From IMG/VR virus record IMGVR_UViG_2651869694_000011: a stretch of 17,082 nucleotides of DNA; one strand, given 5' to 3'. Position 1 is the stretch's first letter; each line of letters starts with the position of its first letter. The DNA comes from a virus. Taxonomy: Duplodnaviria > Heunggongvirae > Uroviricota > Caudoviricetes. A program made the translations under genes and the position numbers. The notes beneath the pieces were generated by a model. That model made no database searches and had not been told where the DNA came from. It saw only the letters and a program-made list of their open reading frames with translations. Shown here piece by piece: positions 7,282 to 14,392 of this stretch.

Positions 7282-8319
7282 ATGGCTAATGCCTGGCTCA
7301 GATTGTGGCATGACATGCCAAATGATCCCAAATGGCGAACCATTGCCAGGGTCTCAGGACAGCCAATCGCAACAGTGATGGCGGTGTATATCCACCTTCT
7401 GGTGAGTGCGTCACGAAATGTCACGACATGTCACGGCGTGTCACTACGTGGTCACATTGATGTCACGACGGAAGATTTAGCAAGTGCGCTTGATGTGACG
7501 GAAGACGTGATTGATTCAATTTTGCATGCAATGCAGGGGCGAGTTCTGGATGGTGATCTTATTTCCGGATGGGAAAAACGCCAGGTGATGAAGGAGGATA
7601 ACGGTAATGTTTCGCAAACCGCAAAATCCCCGGCAGAGCGCAAGAGAGCGCAGCGGGAGCGGGAAAGACTGCGGAAGCAGAACACTGATTGTCACGATGA
7701 GTCACGACGCGTCACGCATATGTCACGACAAATCACGACAGATACAGATACAGATAAAGAATTAAACCCCACACATAACGCGCGCATGCGCGAGAGTGCT
7801 ACGACCGGTGAGTTGAATGACGCGTCGTTGCAGACAGCCGAACCTGAATACCTGGACGGCCTGAGCGAACCGATCGGGAAATTTCCGATGACTGGAGTCT
7901 GGCAACCGTCGCCGGATTTTCGACAGCGGGCAGCAGTGTGGGGTATGGCTCTGCCTGAGCCTGAGTTTACACCTGCTGAGCTTGCCGCATTCCGGGATTA
8001 CTGGATGGCGGAGGGGAAGGTTTTCACGCAGGTTCAGTGGGAGCAGAAATTTGCCCGCCACGTGCAGCACGTCAGGGCACAGGTAAAACCAGTCAGCAAG
8101 GGGGTAAGCCATGCAGCACCAGGTGGCACCGCATCACGGGCAGTTCAGGAAATCCGGGCTGCACGCGAACAGTGGGAACGTGAAAACGGATTTATCAGCA
8201 ACGGAAACGGCCTGGAAGCTGTGGGAGCTTATGGGGGAGGTGTATTCGAACCGCTGGACTCAGAAGAACGGGGCTGCGCCGTCGAAACTCTGGATTGCTC
8301 AGATTGGCGCGATGACTGA
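7282..8319 (+). CDS. Replication initiator, lambda O-like / DnaT-like replisome organiser, carrying origin iterons in its coding sequence
   Basis: 345-aa ORF from the ATG at 7282 (GAGGTGAG upstream; the track start 7276 is a GTG). Two clusters of 10-bp-phased GTCACG repeats inside the gene. Followed by a P-like gene, as in lambda O-P. Confidence 0.8.
   Translation: MANAWLRLWHDMPNDPKWRTIARVSGQPIATVMAVYIHLLVSASRNVTTCHGVSLRGHIDVTTEDLASALDVTEDVIDSILHAMQGRVLDGDLISGWEKRQVMKEDNGNVSQTAKSPAERKRAQRERERLRKQNTDCHDESRRVTHMSRQITTDTDTDKELNPTHNARMRESATTGELNDASLQTAEPEYLDGLSEPIGKFPMTGVWQPSPDFRQRAAVWGMALPEPEFTPAELAAFRDYWMAEGKVFTQVQWEQKFARHVQHVRAQVKPVSKGVSHAAPGGTASRAVQEIRAAREQWERENGFISNGNGLEAVGAYGGGVFEPLDSEERGCAVETLDCSDWRDD
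7408..7470. repeat. Iteron cluster A: six direct repeats of GTCAC(G/T/A) at ~10-bp phasing
   Basis: GTCACG at 7410, 7420, 7430 and 7462; GTCACT at 7440; GTCACA at 7451. Confidence 0.6.
7689..7766. repeat. Iteron cluster B: five direct repeats of (G/A)TCACG at 10-bp phasing, followed by GATACA repeats and an A+T-rich stretch (candidate origin)
   Basis: GTCACG at 7691, 7701, 7711 and 7722; ATCACG at 7732; then gatacagatacagataaagaattaaa (7741-7766). Confidence 0.6.
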
Positions 8320-8773
8320 ACAGCAAATCCGGCAGATCTGCCGTCGGTGCATGGACCGCTGCCGGGCGGGTGAAACGTGGCCTCCGGATCTGGCTGAGTT
8401 TGTGGCGTTGATTTCGGAGAGCGGGGCAAATCCATTTGGCCTGACGGTGGATGCCGTGATGGAGGAATACCGTCGCTGGAGGAATGAATCCTGGCGGTAC
8501 GACGGGAGTGATAAATACCCGTGGCCACAGCCGGTGCTGTACCACATTTGCCTCGAGATGCGTTCAAAGGGGATTGAGCGCCAGATGACCGAAGGGGAGT
8601 TAAAACGGCTTGTGGAAAGGCAGCTGACGAAATGGGCAAAGCATGTTGGTAATGGCCTCAGTGTTCCGCCAGTCCGGCGACAACTGGCAGCACCCAAACG
8701 CCCGCCAGGGCCAACGCCAATTGAATTGCTGAAACAGGAATATGAGCGCCGGAAGGCGGCCGGTTTTGTCTGA
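8111..8773 (+). CDS. Lambda P-like replication protein (DnaB helicase loader family)
   Basis: Aligns with lambda P from memory: [18 protein letters not shown] vs PSPGQFVAWCREEASVTAG, and [16 protein letters not shown] vs SYPWKSNAHYWLVTNL. The ATG at 8111 has a good SD (aagggggtaagccATG) but overlaps the O-like gene by ~200 nt; alternative starts at 8231 and 8312. Confidence 0.7.
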   Translation: MQHQVAPHHGQFRKSGLHANSGNVKTDLSATETAWKLWELMGEVYSNRWTQKNGAAPSKLWIAQIGAMTEQQIRQICRRCMDRCRAGETWPPDLAEFVALISESGANPFGLTVDAVMEEYRRWRNESWRYDGSDKYPWPQPVLYHICLEMRSKGIERQMTEGELKRLVERQLTKWAKHVGNGLSVPPVRRQLAAPKRPPGPTPIELLKQEYERRKAAGFV

Positions 8774-8807
8774 GTTGAGAAGTAATTTTTACCGGGAGGA
8801 AAATTTA

Positions 8808-8960
8808 ATGGAAACCGTTTTTGACGCACTGAAAGCACTGAAAAAAGCCTCGTCGCACGAGATTGCAGCCCGTCTTGAAATCAGCCGTGACGATGCTGTT
8901 ACCGAACTCTGGAAGCTGAAGCGTCGTGGCGAAGCTGATAATGTGGTGGCTGACGAGTGA
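8808..8960 (+). CDS. Small hypothetical protein (50 aa), possible winged-helix fold; may be the 5' part of a frameshifted longer gene
   Basis: Strong RBS (GGGAGG then 8 nt to ATG at 8808). Protein [50 protein letters not shown]. The fold assignment is an inference. Confidence 0.55.
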   Translation: METVFDALKALKKASSHEIAARLEISRDDAVTELWKLKRRGEADNVVADE

Positions 8961-9495
8961 GGCAACTGAAGCGGCCCCAAAAACCACTGCAGAGATGCTG
9001 ATTAACGCGATTGAACAGCATGGTCCTCAGTCGGCTGACGAACTGGCGTTAATGTTCGGGATTACCTCCCGCCGGGCGAATTCATCACTGGCGATGGCTG
9101 TCAGCAAAGGTCGTCTGATTCGCGTAAATCAGGACGGTAAATATCGTTACTGCATACCGGGCGATAATTTACCGGCAGAGCCGAAAGCTGCATCGGTAAC
9201 GGAAACCGATGGTAAAGCCTTTCCTCAGCCGGCAGGTGTTGCGTTACCAGTCCGGGAAGCGGAAACACAGGAAGAAATTAAAACTGAAAGTGTGGCGGTC
9301 ACAGTGCAGTCACAGTCGTCGTTCATCAGAAAGCATCCGGATGGTCTGATTTTACCATCGCTGCATGTGGCTAACCGCGAGCTGCGCCGGGCAAAAGGTC
9401 AGGTTCAGAAGTGGGAGCGCTTATGCGCCGCGCTGCGGGAAATTAATAAGCATCGTGATGTCATACAGAAAATAACGACAGGAGATAACGGGTAA
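8941..9495 (+). CDS. Hypothetical protein; its N-terminal region repeats the pattern of the preceding small ORF
   Basis: ORF in the +1 frame relative to 8808..8960, overlapping its last 20 nt. Contains [45 protein letters not shown], similar in pattern to the upstream ORF. Start is uncertain (GTG 8926, ATG 8941 or ATG 8995). Confidence 0.5.
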   Translation: MWWLTSEATEAAPKTTAEMLINAIEQHGPQSADELALMFGITSRRANSSLAMAVSKGRLIRVNQDGKYRYCIPGDNLPAEPKAASVTETDGKAFPQPAGVALPVREAETQEEIKTESVAVTVQSQSSFIRKHPDGLILPSLHVANRELRRAKGQVQKWERLCAALREINKHRDVIQKITTGDNG

Positions 9496-9516
9496 TTTTT
9501 ACAGCAGGGTGATGAT

Positions 9517-9741
9517 ATGAAAATCAGATATCATGATTTCGGCCCCGTGTCACATATGCTTATTTCCAGTACGGTGCTGGAAACAAGAAAACATAATCAC
9601 ATACTGGATATGCTGCGTCTTGCTGACCCGTATCTGGTAATAAACACCAGTGGAATTTTCTTTCTGAGAAGCACTGTGTCAGGAAAAACATCGCATGTGC
9701 TTCGGGCATATAAAACAGCAGTGCGGGAGGAAGGAGAATGA
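9517..9741 (+). CDS. Hypothetical small protein (74 aa)
   Basis: First ORF of a run of four co-directional ORFs with 4-nt start/stop overlaps. Modest RBS. Confidence 0.5.
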   Translation: MKIRYHDFGPVSHMLISSTVLETRKHNHILDMLRLADPYLVINTSGIFFLRSTVSGKTSHVLRAYKTAVREEGE

Positions 9742-10094
9742 GCGAGATTAACTATCAGGAGCTGCGTGTTGAGCTGGGAGCAGCAAAAAAACGCATAGAA
9801 GAGCTGGAGGCTAATCGTGTGGTGCTTGAGGTGGAAAATGAGAGGTTGAAACACGCAATGGCCGTAGCCCTTGAGCATATATCCGTCACAGATGCAGGAC
9901 AGGCAGGTGTCGCTGCAATGATTATCTATGATGCCATGTACCACAGTGAAAAAACTGACCCCTACGCTTTTCTGGCAGAATTGCGGGCGCAGGGTGTGGA
10001 GATGGTGCGCGAACATCCAGCAATCAAACTTTGCTCTTTGACGCACATATGTGACGAGTTAGTCGCAGAGCTTCGCAAAGGAGGCAACAAGTGA
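9738..10094 (+). CDS. Hypothetical protein (118 aa) with a probable N-terminal coiled coil
   Basis: Strong RBS (ggaggaaggagaATG). ATGA overlap with the upstream ORF. Heptad-like N-terminus ELRVELGAAKKRIEELEANRVVLEVENERLKHAM. Confidence 0.7.
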   Translation: MSEINYQELRVELGAAKKRIEELEANRVVLEVENERLKHAMAVALEHISVTDAGQAGVAAMIIYDAMYHSEKTDPYAFLAELRAQGVEMVREHPAIKLCSLTHICDELVAELRKGGNK

Positions 10095-10279
10095 GTAAAA
10101 CGAATCCGGGCTGGGCAAGGCCACTTATGGCGAAAAAACATCATTATTTTGCTGAAGGTGAAATAACAAGTATTTGCGGTGGGTGGATCTATTTTGGCAA
10201 TGAGCGTGAGCCGGATACATTCGAAAGTCCAGATGATTGTAAAAAGTGTCGTAGAAAATTAAATAAGGGGGGTAAATGA
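10091..10279 (+). CDS. Hypothetical small Cys/His-containing protein (62 aa)
   Basis: GTG start with SD AAGGAGG 7 nt upstream; GTGA overlap with the upstream ORF. Contains SICGG and DCKKCRRK. Confidence 0.6.
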   Translation: MSKTNPGWARPLMAKKHHYFAEGEITSICGGWIYFGNEREPDTFESPDDCKKCRRKLNKGGK

Positions 10280-10587
10280 GCGCAATTAAAGAAATGCCAG
10301 TGGAACGTAATGAATATGGCTGCTGGACGCATCCTGAATATGAAAAATTCTGTGATGGTCGGGAATATATTTCAACGGAAGAGTTTAACGCCTGGATGGA
10401 GAAAAATAATCTTCAGTGGGCTATCCGTAGTATGGATGAAGATGATTTTAATCTGGACGCAGATGGCCCTGATATTTCAGCATGGGAACCTGAGCGACCA
10501 GAAGGTGAGGGATGGTTTATCGGTTCGATACATGACACCGAAGATGGTCCTGTTTGTGTATGGCTGAGAAATAAGGCCGAAGCATAA
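10276..10587 (+). CDS. Hypothetical strongly acidic protein (103 aa)
   Basis: Strong RBS (aaggggggtaaATG). ATGA overlap with the upstream ORF. About 25 Asp/Glu versus about 9 Lys/Arg, with an acidic patch MDEDDFNLDADGPDISAWEPERPEGEG. Confidence 0.7.
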   Translation: MSAIKEMPVERNEYGCWTHPEYEKFCDGREYISTEEFNAWMEKNNLQWAIRSMDEDDFNLDADGPDISAWEPERPEGEGWFIGSIHDTEDGPVCVWLRNKAEA

Positions 10588-10713
10588 AGGCTATAAACCA
10601 ACAACTAAACACTGAAAATTTAAATCAGAAATGATTTTTATTAAATCCTTAACCGGAGGGATTCCTGCACCCTCAGAACATCAGGAGACCGCCCGAAAGG
10701 GCGGTAGTGAAAA

Positions 10714-11277
10714 ATGACTGAATTAACCAAAGAATGGCTACAGAACACGATTACCGGAATTGAGTCATCACGGGATGAAATACCGTTCGGACTCGATGAA
10801 GATCAAAACAACATGCTTACCGCATTAAAAATTGCACTGGCATCACTGGCATCAGTATCGGATGAACGGGCAGCCTATGAATTATTTATGGAGAAGCGTT
10901 TCGGGGAATCTGTAGATCGCCGCAGAGCAAAAAATGGCGATAGAGAATACATGGCATGGGATATGGCGCTTGGCTGGATTATCTGGTGTCACCGCGCCGC
11001 CATGCTTCAGGCTGGAAACTTTCGGGAAAATAAGGGTTCGTCAACCAATAATTTTCGGATAATCTCGGAAACGTCAACCAACTCTCCGGCAATCCCTGAT
11101 GAGGTGTTGTCCGCAATCCTGAAGGTCGCCAGGCTTCGTGCAGATTTCGATGCTTCTGAAGTGGACAGGCGAGGTATCGGTAGTTGTCTGGATGAGGCCG
11201 AGCAAGAACTTATCGTTACCATTAACGAATACGCCAGTCAGATCGCAGTAGAAGCGACACAGGGGGAGAACCAATGA
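10714..11277 (+). CDS. Hypothetical protein (187 aa)
   Basis: Long ORF with no competing frame. Preceded by a perfect 7-bp hairpin with GAAA loop (10688-10705) between an AGGAG motif and the ATG. Confidence 0.65.
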   Translation: MTELTKEWLQNTITGIESSRDEIPFGLDEDQNNMLTALKIALASLASVSDERAAYELFMEKRFGESVDRRRAKNGDREYMAWDMALGWIIWCHRAAMLQAGNFRENKGSSTNNFRIISETSTNSPAIPDEVLSAILKVARLRADFDASEVDRRGIGSCLDEAEQELIVTINEYASQIAVEATQGENQ

Positions 11278-11386
11278 GCCGGCCAGATGCATTTGCAGGC
11301 GTTGCTATAGCTATTGCTTTTCTAGTATATGTTATTTGTCGGTGGGGGTAAAAACGTTCGCCGGGATTCACACCAAGGGAGGGAAT

Positions 11387-11491
11387 ATGTCGGATGATAT
11401 TTCACTGGTAATGGAAGGCGCTCTGGCTGTTATTGCTGTTGTGGGTGTTTACTGCCTGGTTGTGTTTTTGATGGAGCGCCTGGGGAACTGA
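11387..11491 (+). CDS. Candidate small hydrophobic protein (34 aa, single predicted transmembrane helix)
   Basis: Not in the ORF track (too short). Strong SD AAGGGAGGG 3-5 nt before the ATG at 11387. Translation MSDDISLVMEGALAVIAVVGVYCLVVFLMERLGN. Candidate promoter upstream (-35 TTGCTA 11302-11307, -10 TATATG 11326-11331). Confidence 0.45.
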   Translation: MSDDISLVMEGALAVIAVVGVYCLVVFLMERLGN

Positions 11492-11531
11492 ATTCATTCC
11501 GTATGGGAATTCCCATATCGGGCAAAACGGT

Positions 11532-11559
11532 TTGCTGTAAAGCGAGAGTTAAGTAGAAT
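11532..11559 (+). promoter_or_regulatory. Candidate sigma70 promoter for the hok mRNA
   Basis: -35 TTGCTG (11532-11537), 16-bp spacer, -10 TAGAAT (11554-11559). The predicted transcript 5' end (~11563-11577) is complementary to the 3' UTR at 11940-11955. Confidence 0.4.
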
Positions 11560-11734
11560 TGCTGCGGGTGCTTGAGGCTGTCTGCCTCGGGCATGCCACC
11601 GTAAGGCAGACAGAGAAAAGCCCCAGTTAACATTACGCGTCCTGCAAGACGCTTAACATTAATCTGAGGCCCAATCTATGCTTCACAAACGTAGGTTAGC
11701 CTCTTACGCGCCGAAAGGCAAGGAGAAGCAGGTT

Positions 11735-11890
11735 ATGAAGCAGCAAAAGGCGATGTTAATCGCCCTGATCGTCATCTGTTTAACCGTCATAGTGACGGCA
11801 CTGGTAACGAGGAAAGACCTCTGCGAGGTACGAATCCGAACCGGCCAGACGGAGGTCGCTGTCTTCACAGCTTACGAACCTGAGGAGTAA
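11735..11890 (+). CDS. hokD: Hok/Gef family type I toxin (HokD/RelF-like, 51 aa)
   Basis: MKQQKAMLIALIVICLTVIVTALVTRKDLCEVRIRTGQTEVAVFTAYEPEE matches the Hok family and E. coli HokD as recalled. SD AAGGAGAAG 9 nt upstream. Track ORF 11678..11890 is an in-frame upstream extension. Confidence 0.9.
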   Translation: MKQQKAMLIALIVICLTVIVTALVTRKDLCEVRIRTGQTEVAVFTAYEPEE

Positions 11891-11958
11891 GAGACCAGGC
11901 GGGGGAGAAATCCCTCGCCACCGCTGATGTGTCAGGCATCCTCAACGCACCCGCACTT

Positions 11959-11985
11959 AACCCGCTTCGGCGGGTTTTGTTTTTT
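11959..11985 (+). terminator. Rho-independent terminator of the hok transcript
   Basis: Hairpin cccgc-ttcg-gcggg (11961-11974) followed by ttttgtttttt. Confidence 0.75.
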
Positions 11986-12057
11986 CTGGTCGTTCTGGTT
12001 TACAATCCATCCGTCAGCCTGAACAACTGGCACCTGCTGCGCCAGCAGAGAAAACAG

Positions 12058-12336
12058 ATGGCGCACGATACCAAATTTTACAATTCGGATAACTCTGCCG
12101 CCCCTGCCAGCAGGCACGGGCGGCGTTCTCATGCATTCAAATCTGACTGGTATCAGCACGACCCCTGCACCGAAGAACAGGCTGAATGGCTGATTCAGTA
12201 TTACCGCAGGCGCGGATACGAGGTTAAGAAAGCCCTCAGTCTCGATTATCGTCACTGGATAATCTCCGTCAGGCTTCCTTACTCCGAACGCCCACCGCGT
12301 CCGTCCCGCACATTCCAGCAACGCATCTGGAGGTAA
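12058..12336 (+). CDS. Hypothetical basic protein (92 aa)
   Basis: ATG at 12058 is the first start downstream of the hok terminator within track ORF 11929..12336. Weak RBS. The stop lies 2 nt before the DUF968 start. In Qin the gene between hokD and ydfU is rem, but identity is unverified. Confidence 0.45.
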   Translation: MAHDTKFYNSDNSAAPASRHGRRSHAFKSDWYQHDPCTEEQAEWLIQYYRRRGYEVKKALSLDYRHWIISVRLPYSERPPRPSRTFQQRIWR

Positions 12337-12337
12337 C

Positions 12338-13387
12338 GTGCGGGTATTACTTCGACCTGTTCTGGTACCGGAACTCGGGCTGGTGATCGTTAAGCCGGGC
12401 CGTGAATCCATGCCGGTATTCCACAATACCCGGGTACTGGTGGAGCCGGAACCGAAAAGCATGCGTAATCTGCCGTCCGGGGTCGTTCCTGCCGTTCGCC
12501 AGCCGCTGGCGGAGGATAAATCATTACTGCCATTTTTCAGCGACGAACGAGTGATTCGTGCTGCTGGTGGCGCTGGCGCATTGTCTGACTGGTTACTGCG
12601 CCATGTTAAATCCTGCCAGTGGCCACACGGCGATTATCACCACAGTGAAACCGTCATTCACCGTTATGGTACCGGCGCAATGGTGTTGTGCTGGCACTGC
12701 GACAACCAGTTGCGTGACCAGACCTCCGAATCACTTGAGCAACTTGCTCACCAAAACTTGTCAGCATGGATGATTGACGTCATTCGTCACGCAATGAATG
12801 GCACACAGGAGCGTGAATTATCGCTGGCTGAATTATCCTGGTGGGCGGCCTGCAATCAGGTGGTGGATGCACTACCTGAGGCAGTAGCGCGTCGTTCGCT
12901 GGGATTACCAGCGGAAAAAATCCGCTCCGTATACCGTGAGAGTGACATCGTACCGGGAGAACAGACAGCCATCAGCATACTGAAGCAGCGCACAAAAAAT
13001 ATTGCGCTGCCACTTCACGTCCACCAGCAACAAAATCCACCACAGAAAAAAACGGTTGTCAGTATCGCCGTTGATCCGGAGTCTCCTGAATCGTTCATGA
13101 GGCGGCCTAAACGTTGCCGTTGGGTTAATGAGAAATACACACGCTGGGTAAAGACACAGCCGTGTGCGTGTTGTGGTAAGCCAGCGGACGATCCTCATCA
13201 TCTGATTGGTCATGGTCAGGGCGGAATGGGAACAAAATCCCACGATATTTTCACGCTACCGCTGTGTCGGGAGCATCACAACGAGCTTCATGCGGATCCG
13301 CTGGCGTTCGAAGAAAAGCATGGTTCCCAGGTTGATTTAATTTTTCGTTTTCTTGATCACGCCTTTGCGACTGGCGTGCTCGGGTAA
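12338..13387 (+). CDS. DUF968 family protein with a C-terminal HNH-like motif (YdfU / phage P1 Ref-like putative nuclease)
   Basis: 349-aa ORF, GTG start with GGAGG 4 nt upstream. C-terminal motif QPCACCGKPADDPHHLIGHGQGGMGTKSHDIFTLPLCREHHNELH is characteristic of DUF968/Ref-type HNH proteins. Confidence 0.85.
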   Translation: MRVLLRPVLVPELGLVIVKPGRESMPVFHNTRVLVEPEPKSMRNLPSGVVPAVRQPLAEDKSLLPFFSDERVIRAAGGAGALSDWLLRHVKSCQWPHGDYHHSETVIHRYGTGAMVLCWHCDNQLRDQTSESLEQLAHQNLSAWMIDVIRHAMNGTQERELSLAELSWWAACNQVVDALPEAVARRSLGLPAEKIRSVYRESDIVPGEQTAISILKQRTKNIALPLHVHQQQNPPQKKTVVSIAVDPESPESFMRRPKRCRWVNEKYTRWVKTQPCACCGKPADDPHHLIGHGQGGMGTKSHDIFTLPLCREHHNELHADPLAFEEKHGSQVDLIFRFLDHAFATGVLG

Positions 13388-13399
13388 AAGAGGTGACTG

Positions 13400-13759
13400 A
13401 TGCTCATAGATTTGGTTTTACCTTACCCGCCGACGGTGAACACTTACTGGCGACGCCGTGGCAGCACATATTTTGTATCAAAAGCCGGGGAGCGTTATCG
13501 CCGGGCAGTGGTGCTTATTGTTCGCCAGCAGCGACTGAAATTAAGCCTGTCCGGACGGCTGGCAATAAAAATTATTGCAGAGCCACCGGATAAGCGTCGT
13601 CGTGACCTGGACAATATTCTGAAAGCACCGCTGGATGCGCTGACGCATGCGGGAGTGTTAATGGACGATGAGCAGTTTGATGAAATCAATATTGTACGTG
13701 GTCAGCCAGTATCTGGTGGACGGCTGGGTGTGAAGATTTACAAAATTGAGAGTGAGTGA
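13400..13759 (+). CDS. rusA: RusA Holliday junction resolvase
   Basis: 119-aa ORF. LPYPPTVNTYWRRRG and PDKRRRDLDNILKAPLDALTHAGVLMDDEQ match RusA motifs (E. coli RusA: PPSNNRYY and [30 protein letters not shown]). SD GAGGTGA upstream. Confidence 0.9.
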   Translation: MLIDLVLPYPPTVNTYWRRRGSTYFVSKAGERYRRAVVLIVRQQRLKLSLSGRLAIKIIAEPPDKRRRDLDNILKAPLDALTHAGVLMDDEQFDEINIVRGQPVSGGRLGVKIYKIESE

Positions 13760-13767
13760 GCGTAAAT

Positions 13768-14298
13768 ATGATATATCCGGAAATTACAGGCAAAAGCGGC
13801 GAACATTTACGCCTGAACACGCTGGAAGCAGTCTGGATCCAGGGGAAATTACGGATGTGGGGGCGGTGGTCGTATATCGGTGGGGGTAAATCCGGAAATA
13901 TGTTTAACCGGTTACTGGTTTCGAAAAAGCTGACGAAAACAGCAGTTAATGAGGTTTTACGCAGCATGAAGAAATCCGGGCTGGAAAAACCGGAACTTGA
14001 GGCATTTTTTCGGGATATGACCAGAGGGAAGCAGAAGAGCTGGTTGTCACATTGTACAGACACAGAGGCGTTGATTATTGATCGCGTTATCAGTGAGGTG
14101 CTTGGGGAATATCCCGGGCTAATCAATATTCTCCGGCAAAGGTACGAAGGACGGGGAATGAGTAAGAGAAAAATGGCAGAATGTTTAAATCGTACTCACC
14201 CGGAATGGTGTTTCAGCACATGTGAGAAACGTATTGCAGGTTGGTTAGCCGTGGCTGAACACATGCTTTATGTACCTATGCACGATTCATTTCGATAA
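13768..14298 (+). CDS. Putative late-gene antiterminator (Q-like); product assignment is tentative
   Basis: Sits immediately after rusA and before a promoter/terminator region and the tRNA genes, which is the canonical Q location. LRMWGRWSY weakly resembles the ERWGAWA motif of an E. coli prophage Q family. Start is either ATG 13768 or the upstream GTG 13756. Confidence 0.5.
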   Translation: MIYPEITGKSGEHLRLNTLEAVWIQGKLRMWGRWSYIGGGKSGNMFNRLLVSKKLTKTAVNEVLRSMKKSGLEKPELEAFFRDMTRGKQKSWLSHCTDTEALIIDRVISEVLGEYPGLINILRQRYEGRGMSKRKMAECLNRTHPEWCFSTCEKRIAGWLAVAEHMLYVPMHDSFR

Positions 14299-14392
14299 AA
14301 AAAGCTTGCTTTTTTACGCAGAAACAGCTTGAATTCCTGTAAGCTTCGCAAAGCTGTATCGCGAGGCGAAATGCAAGTTTTTTCGCACAAGG

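Noticed and set aside
7408-7766. Possibility that the short direct repeats form a CRISPR array
   Set aside because: The repeats are 6-7 bp at 10-bp phasing inside a coding gene, with no 25-40 bp repeat/spacer structure; they are iterons.
8195-8838. Minus-strand track ORFs 8195..8545, 8229..8639 and 8299..8838
   Set aside because: They are antisense to the P-like gene; their length comes from GC-rich, stop-poor sequence and they have no supporting features.
11678-11734. In-frame upstream ATG (11678) extending Hok by 19 residues, as a possible mok-like frame
   Set aside because: Hok family toxins are about 50 aa, and the ATG at 11735 has the better RBS; whether the extension is translated as a coupling frame cannot be decided from sequence alone.
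11929-12057. N-terminal extension of the 92-aa ORF (track ORF start 11929)
   Set aside because: The extension runs through the hok terminator hairpin and T-run; the first plausible start after the terminator is the ATG at 12058.
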